Part shown: positions 50,162 to 55,610 of the stretch, piece by piece
Position numbering within the stretch: the stretch's first letter is position 1
Layout: each line of letters begins with the position of its first letter
Assembly (NCBI GenBank): GCA_964632315.1
Contig: CAZWEM010000026.1
Coordinates: 1-55,610 of the forward strand
Direction of reading: 5' to 3'
DNA from: an uncultured archaeon
Lineage (GTDB): Archaea; Asgardarchaeota; Lokiarchaeia; Sigyniarchaeales; SOKP01
DNA: 55,610 nt
Notes under the pieces: generated by a model
What the model was told of the DNA's origin: nothing
Database searches by the model: none
The model's input: only the letters and a program-made list of their open reading frames with translations
Made by a program: the position numbers and the translations under genes

Positions 50162-51553
50162 TTATTGTAATTCTAAAATCCTCCCCCAGCAAGGGTACAA
50201 CTCAGAAATCCGTAATTGATTGTTTTTAACATGAAATTCTTTCTCTCCTCCTTGTTCTAATAACTCTACAAATTTAAAACCGTCCAAATTTTGATTCCAT
50301 AAGGGGATTATCTTCTCAGTTTGTTCTAGGTTAGTGCTTATTATGATTAATAATGTCTGCTTTGTAGAACGTCTTATAAATGCTAAGAGGTCATTATCAG
50401 CAAAGATAGGTGTGAGATCTCCGTAGATCAACGCATGATTATCTTTTCTCATCTGTATGAACTTTTGGATATTTCTAAAAAGATCACTACCCATTGAAGG
50501 CCACTCGCTAAAGGATTTTGGCATTGGTCCTCGTATTCCATCATCGGAATCCCCCGTTTTAGTTCCCTTGAGACCAATTTCATCGCCGTAATATACTTTA
50601 GGAATACCATTAGTGGTAAAGAGAAATAAAAAGGCAGGAAAGATATACTTATCATCTTTTAAAATGGACCGAATCCTCGTGCAATCATGATTCCCTAAAA
50701 AATTAATTAAGGTGATATTTTTATACAAACCCCATTCTGGATGAAATGATCTCTCTAAAATAGATTTTAGTTCGTACAGATTATTATTATTTATTGCACT
50801 CCAAATTGATTTATAAACTTGGTACCCAGTCCCAGCATCTAATAATTCTGGACCAATCCATTTATCATAAGGTCCATGAATCATTTCTCCAATTAAAAAA
50901 CAATTAGGATTTGCCTTTTTACATACTTGCCTGAATTCTCGCCAGAAACTTGGATCAATAAGATATGCTACATCTAGACGCCAGCCATCTATACCAATTT
51001 CTTCTAACCAATATTTACTAATTGAAAAAAGATATTCCCTAACTTCCTGTTCATTTAAGTTTAATCTTACAAGATCATAATGCCCTTCCCAATTTTGATA
51101 GTCAAAGCCATCATTATAAGGATTATCTCTTGAAAAATCTACAAAATGCCAATGCTTTCGGCTGGATTTTTCTCTATAGGCTTTAATGTCTTTAAAAGAG
51201 GCAAATTCTCTGCTAACATGATTGAAAACACCATCAAGCAATATTCTGATATTCATATCGTGAAGCTCAGACACGATTTGTCTGAACAAATCGTTAGTTC
51301 CTAAACGATGATCTATTTTCATATAATCTATCGTATCATATCCATGAGAGACTGACTCAAATAAAGGACCAAATTGAATCACGTTTATTCCTAACTTTTT
51401 GAAGTGATCATAAAAATTTCTAATTTCTGCTAACCGATTAATCTCACCTTTTTCATCCTTACCACATTTAGGAGCTCCGAAAAAGCCTAAAGGATATACA
51501 TGATATATAATAGAGGTCTTTGCCCAGTTAGGAATATAATTTACTCCTTCCAT
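50162..51553 (-). CDS. GH13 alpha-amylase/cyclomaltodextrinase-like enzyme
   Basis: HGYDT.DY, DGVFNH, DGWRLDVA, GEMIHG, NHD and YYGDE. Confidence 0.92.
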   Translation of the reverse strand: MEGVNYIPNWAKTSIIYHVYPLGFFGAPKCGKDEKGEINRLAEIRNFYDHFKKLGINVIQFGPLFESVSHGYDTIDYMKIDHRLGTNDLFRQIVSELHDMNIRILLDGVFNHVSREFASFKDIKAYREKSSRKHWHFVDFSRDNPYNDGFDYQNWEGHYDLVRLNLNEQEVREYLFSISKYWLEEIGIDGWRLDVAYLIDPSFWREFRQVCKKANPNCFLIGEMIHGPYDKWIGPELLDAGTGYQVYKSIWSAINNNNLYELKSILERSFHPEWGLYKNITLINFLGNHDCTRIRSILKDDKYIFPAFLFLFTTNGIPKVYYGDEIGLKGTKTGDSDDGIRGPMPKSFSEWPSMGSDLFRNIQKFIQMRKDNHALIYGDLTPIFADNDLLAFIRRSTKQTLLIIISTNLEQTEKIIPLWNQNLDGFKFVELLEQGGEKEFHVKNNQLRISELYPCWGRILELQ

Positions 51554-51714
51554 TTCTTAGTTAAATTGTCCTAATTAATCAATTTTAGCAAATTAGATAG
51601 TCGAATTTCTTCTTTTATTTATTCTTGAAATATAAAGCACTACATGAAAAAGCAAAAGCTTTGAAACTAACTCTTAGATAGAGTTGTCCAGGAAAAAAAT
51701 TAATTCCTTCTTTT

Positions 51715-52008
51715 TTAGATTTCATTTAGTAAGTGTCGTACTCGGTTAATGCTTATTTCTCTCTCTTTCAAACTAGGTTTTTAAGTGCTTTCAATGGTTA
51801 AGTTTCCCGAATAATGTATCTCCTTTAATTTTTCAAAAATCGGTATAAATTTATTACAAATTTTTTTGAGTTTCTTTTCGTAGAGACTTATTGGAAAGCT
51901 TAATCCTATGCCAAGTTCTGCATAATCATACCCTAAAGATTTAAAAGTTCGTAATTTGGAGCTTATATTTTGATTAAAATTCAAAGAAGCCCCAATCTTT
52001 GAGTTCAT
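51715..52008 (-). pseudogene. Internally deleted sugar phosphate isomerase/epimerase (AP endonuclease 2 TIM barrel) remnant
   Basis: N-terminal LGYDYAEL joined directly to C-terminal IFEKLKEIHYSGNLTIE; the frame continues past TAA (51781-51783) as KPSLKEREISINRVRHLLNEI*. Confidence 0.6.
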
Positions 52009-52185
52009 ATCTTTTAGAATTATTTTGATATATAAGAAGTTTTCTTAAAGGATTTTTTTTTAACTAGCCTTTTATGGAAAAATAATCTAAAATATTATAT
52101 TCAAATCAACTTGTATTAGGTTATTTTTGAAAATAAGGAAGGAAATTACTTAGCTCAAGTTTTAAGTTTAAAAAAATACAAGAGG

Positions 52186-52263
52186 AAAGTTCTTGGAACA
52201 TACTCCTTTTTAGTCTTTATCTAACTTTTTTCAAACCTCAGGACTATGACCCCTGAATCTTCT
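52186..52263 (-). repeat. Distal copy of the 23S rRNA 3'-trailer repeat
   Basis: aaagttcttggaacatactcctttttagtct...tttcaaacctca...ccctgaatcttct. Confidence 0.9.
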
Positions 52264-52292
52264 AATATTTTCTCAACATTAAAAAGTAAGAT

Positions 52293-53747
52293 TTAGTCAG
52301 GTGTTAAATTTAATTTAAAATAGTGGATATCTGCATTTTTAATCTCTTTAAATGTAATCACTTGGGCAACATCCATAATACTTATATATCTCCTTGAGGG
52401 ACAAATTACCATTCCAAGAAAGGGAAGAAATGTGAATTTCTTTTTTGGACCATATTTAGCCAGTTTATTTATCAAGGAGTCTAAATTTTTAGTTAATTGC
52501 TTAAAATTCATCTCGATCAATTTGTATAGTTCTATATAGGACTTTACACTAAGATGTACAGGTTCTTGACTTATATCTATACCGATTTTAAAATATTGAG
52601 TCTTTATATAATCCTGAATCCATTTATTTAACTTGGAAAAGATTACTGCTCTAAGATTTGCTCTTGAAAGGAGATCCATAATTAATTCAATCTGTTGCTT
52701 TGAAAATAATCCTAGATTCATTCCGAAATGGAATAATTGCTCATTTGGTATTTTTTTTTTAAATCGCTTAAAAAAGTTAAATATTGAAAATGCAAAAGTT
52801 AAATTCTTATGAGTTAGTCTATCTGCCATTGAAAATGTTGGAGCACCAGATTTGGGATGAGAATGGTACCAACCAACTAACTCATATTCTATATTCTTAT
52901 GTCTAGATAATAAATTAATGAAATCTTCACTCGAAATTTGAGCCATCGTTGTTGAACCTTTACCAATGGGGAAATATTCATTGATTTCAATAATTGTTCC
53001 ATCAGATTTTCGCTCACCTATTAAAATTCCAACACATTCTTTTTCTTCAGATTCTCTCACCGTTTCTGAGATTTTTGTGAGTGTAATTCTTCCAATATTT
53101 ATTTCACCTCTACGAGTTACTTCAACTCTTTCTTTTTTATTGGTATAAATATCCATTATGGGAATGCTCTCTAAGTATGAGCAATCTCGTAAATATAAAA
53201 AATGTTTTAGAAGTAGATCCCTAAAACACCCAGAATAATTGATCAACTCATGAAAATTATCTGATCCACCATATTCAATACTTCCAAACCAGAGAGATAA
53301 ATCTTGTATTAATGATTTTCTTGAAAATAACTGAATATTTTCATACAGCTTTTTTCCACAATAATTTTTTTTTAAAAAATCTTTAAACTTTTCATCTTGT
53401 CTCATATCGAGTTGCGATTCAATGACCATTCTCACAGAGTTTTTTATAATTGTTGGATCTAATTCAATCCATCCTGATTCTTCTAAAAAATGAAATTGTT
53501 TAATTTGTAATTGTAATTCGGGAGATTTATCTTGGAAATCATCATATTTAACTGGTAGATCGAAATTTAAAATGTCTGATTCGATATGTTGATAATCACT
53601 TAAATCTAACGACATGCTTCCAAATTCTTTCACCAAATTACATTCATGAACGACTTTATCTAAATGTAACGCACAATAATTCTCAGCACATTCAACGCAA
53701 AGAAATGTTTCACTTACTTCTCTACCACAATGATAACAGACAGGCAA
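52293..53747 (-). CDS. AN1-type zinc finger plus JAB/MPN+ (JAMM) metalloisopeptidase
   Basis: CYHC...CVEC...YCALH...HEC; ECVGILIG and VGWYHSHP...FSMAD. Confidence 0.85.
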   Translation of the reverse strand: MPVCYHCGREVSETFLCVECAENYCALHLDKVVHECNLVKEFGSMSLDLSDYQHIESDILNFDLPVKYDDFQDKSPELQLQIKQFHFLEESGWIELDPTIIKNSVRMVIESQLDMRQDEKFKDFLKKNYCGKKLYENIQLFSRKSLIQDLSLWFGSIEYGGSDNFHELINYSGCFRDLLLKHFLYLRDCSYLESIPIMDIYTNKKERVEVTRRGEINIGRITLTKISETVRESEEKECVGILIGERKSDGTIIEINEYFPIGKGSTTMAQISSEDFINLLSRHKNIEYELVGWYHSHPKSGAPTFSMADRLTHKNLTFAFSIFNFFKRFKKKIPNEQLFHFGMNLGLFSKQQIELIMDLLSRANLRAVIFSKLNKWIQDYIKTQYFKIGIDISQEPVHLSVKSYIELYKLIEMNFKQLTKNLDSLINKLAKYGPKKKFTFLPFLGMVICPSRRYISIMDVAQVITFKEIKNADIHYFKLNLTPD

Positions 53748-53844
53748 TGTTTTTCCACTTAATCATTTCTCTTTTTGATAACATTTTTTTACATCAGTCT
53801 TTTAAAACTTATAGATTTTAAAGAAAGATTAAGAATGAAAAAGT

Positions 53845-53906
53845 AAAGTTCTTGGAACATACTCCTTTTTAGTCTCTCTCGTCATCCAATTTATTTCAAA
53901 CCTCAG
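53845..53906 (-). repeat. Middle copy of the 23S rRNA 3'-trailer repeat
   Basis: aaagttcttggaacatactcctttttagtctctctcgtcatccaatttatttcaaacctca. Confidence 0.9.
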
Positions 53907-53934
53907 TTATATAATTTGAAAAAATTGTAGGATT

Positions 53935-54708
53935 TTAAATAGTTCTTTTCTGAGAATAATCACGTTGTCGAAGAATTTCAAATCCAATTATAATTGCTGC
54001 CGAACTAAGCGGGAGAGATCCAGTAAAGTCTCGCTTATAGGGTATATTACACTGTAAATCTGCGGTCTCTAAAAAAGCATGATCAATTCCTCTTTTTTCA
54101 CCCCCAATTACTACGAATATGGGGGGTTTCAGATTACTGTCAAATATTGATTTCCCTTTATCTTTAGTAGCACAAACAATTGTAAAATTATTAGATTTGA
54201 AAAAACTAGCAGTTGTTTTTAGATCTTCAACTAATGCTATCGACATTAATTCTGAGGTACCTGCGGAAGATTTAATAATTATTGGTTCCACATCAAGCCA
54301 ATTTCTCTGTTTCATGACGATTCCATCTATTCCAGCAGTATATAATGATCGTATTGTGTAACCAAGATTATATGGGTCTTCAATTCCATCTAAAAAGAAA
54401 ATAACACTGAGTTTCGATCTCGGTAATTCATGTATTTCTTGATAGGTTCTTTCACTAACAGTAGCAGCAATACCTCCATGGGTCTTCCCCTTTGCATTTT
54501 TTTCGAACCATTTGTGATCCACTGCTTCAACCTTGATTTCTTTAGAATTTGCTGATTCAAGTATTTTCTTGAGAAATTTTGCTTGTTTAATATCCCTTTT
54601 TCTCTTTAGTTTGGCAACATCATAAAATAAAGTCAGAACCTTGCGATGTTTTGAGTTTAAAACAGCATTTATAGCAATTTTTCCCTCAATTAGAATAGAA
54701 GCTGTCAT
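53935..54708 (-). CDS. TrmH/RlmB-like SPOUT RNA 2'-O-methyltransferase
   Basis: HGGIAA, LDGIEDPYNLG..IRS, SSAG, IGGEKRGI, IPY and SL.LS.A. Confidence 0.88.
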   Translation of the reverse strand: MTASILIEGKIAINAVLNSKHRKVLTLFYDVAKLKRKRDIKQAKFLKKILESANSKEIKVEAVDHKWFEKNAKGKTHGGIAATVSERTYQEIHELPRSKLSVIFFLDGIEDPYNLGYTIRSLYTAGIDGIVMKQRNWLDVEPIIIKSSAGTSELMSIALVEDLKTTASFFKSNNFTIVCATKDKGKSIFDSNLKPPIFVVIGGEKRGIDHAFLETADLQCNIPYKRDFTGSLPLSSAAIIIGFEILRQRDYSQKRTI

Positions 54709-54831
54709 TTTCTTGATTTCCTTAGTCTTAATAACAAAAAATGATTGTTCTACTACTATTTAGTTATTTATATTTTAGAGTGTTTTCCAATCTAAATTGA
54801 AATATTCTCAAATTTTATAAATTAAAAACTA

Positions 54832-54920
54832 AAAGTCTTGGAACATACTCCTTCACGTCTTTCTCGTCATCCAACTTCTTTCAAACCTCAACACTCTGAG
54901 CCTGAACCCTTGAATCCTCT
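54832..54920 (-). repeat. Native 23S rRNA 3' trailer (probable processing-stem strand followed by a T-rich terminator)
   Basis: Lies directly 3' of the 23S gene; shares TCTTGGAACATACTCCTT and TTTCAAACCTCA with the two downstream copies; followed by T-runs on the minus strand. Confidence 0.8.
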
Positions 54921-54925
54921 TTCGT

Positions 54926-55610
<685 letters not shown>

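Noticed and set aside
1667-51783. TAA recoding suggested by three in-frame TAA stops (1667, 46037, 51781)
   Set aside because: Most intact core genes end in TAA at the expected length, and two of the three genes carry other lesions; pseudogenisation is simpler
42455-52185. Prophage, IS element or integron in the accessory region
   Set aside because: No integrase, transposase, capsid gene, terminal inverted repeats or attC-like repeats were recognised
52186-54920. CRISPR interpretation of the three direct repeats
   Set aside because: Spacing is 0.9-1.6 kb with whole genes between copies, the repeats are long and degenerate, and no cas genes are present

Overview
AT-rich chromosomal window from an Asgard archaeon, most likely Lokiarchaeia. 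The assignment rests on archaeal core genes (PolD, Cdc6, CarS, TFE, PAN, unsplit Rpo2), four Rab/Arf-like small GTPases (two fused to roadblock-like domains), a longin-TPR protein, a probable Loki-CTERM surface protein and a 23S rRNA with a ~200-nt ES39. Bases 1-42 kb are mostly housekeeping; 42-54.7 kb is an accessory, pseudogene-rich region; the window ends in the 3' part of a minus-strand 23S rRNA gene. The main signals the ORF track does not explain are RNA-level. (1) The 23S rRNA 3' trailer is present three times in direct orientation, each copy separated from the next by a single co-oriented gene (a TrmH methyltransferase, then an AN1-JAMM deubiquitinase-like protein), resembling a cassette array anchored on the rRNA. 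(2) A ~58-59-nt BHB-flanked insertion lies in the loop of 23S helix 91 and carries a 13/14 copy of the neighbouring helix-89 sequence. (3) Three tRNAs carry four BHB introns, none at the canonical 37/38 site, in the same window as an RtcB-archease pair. All calls come from motif recognition and hand-folding; no database searches were run.
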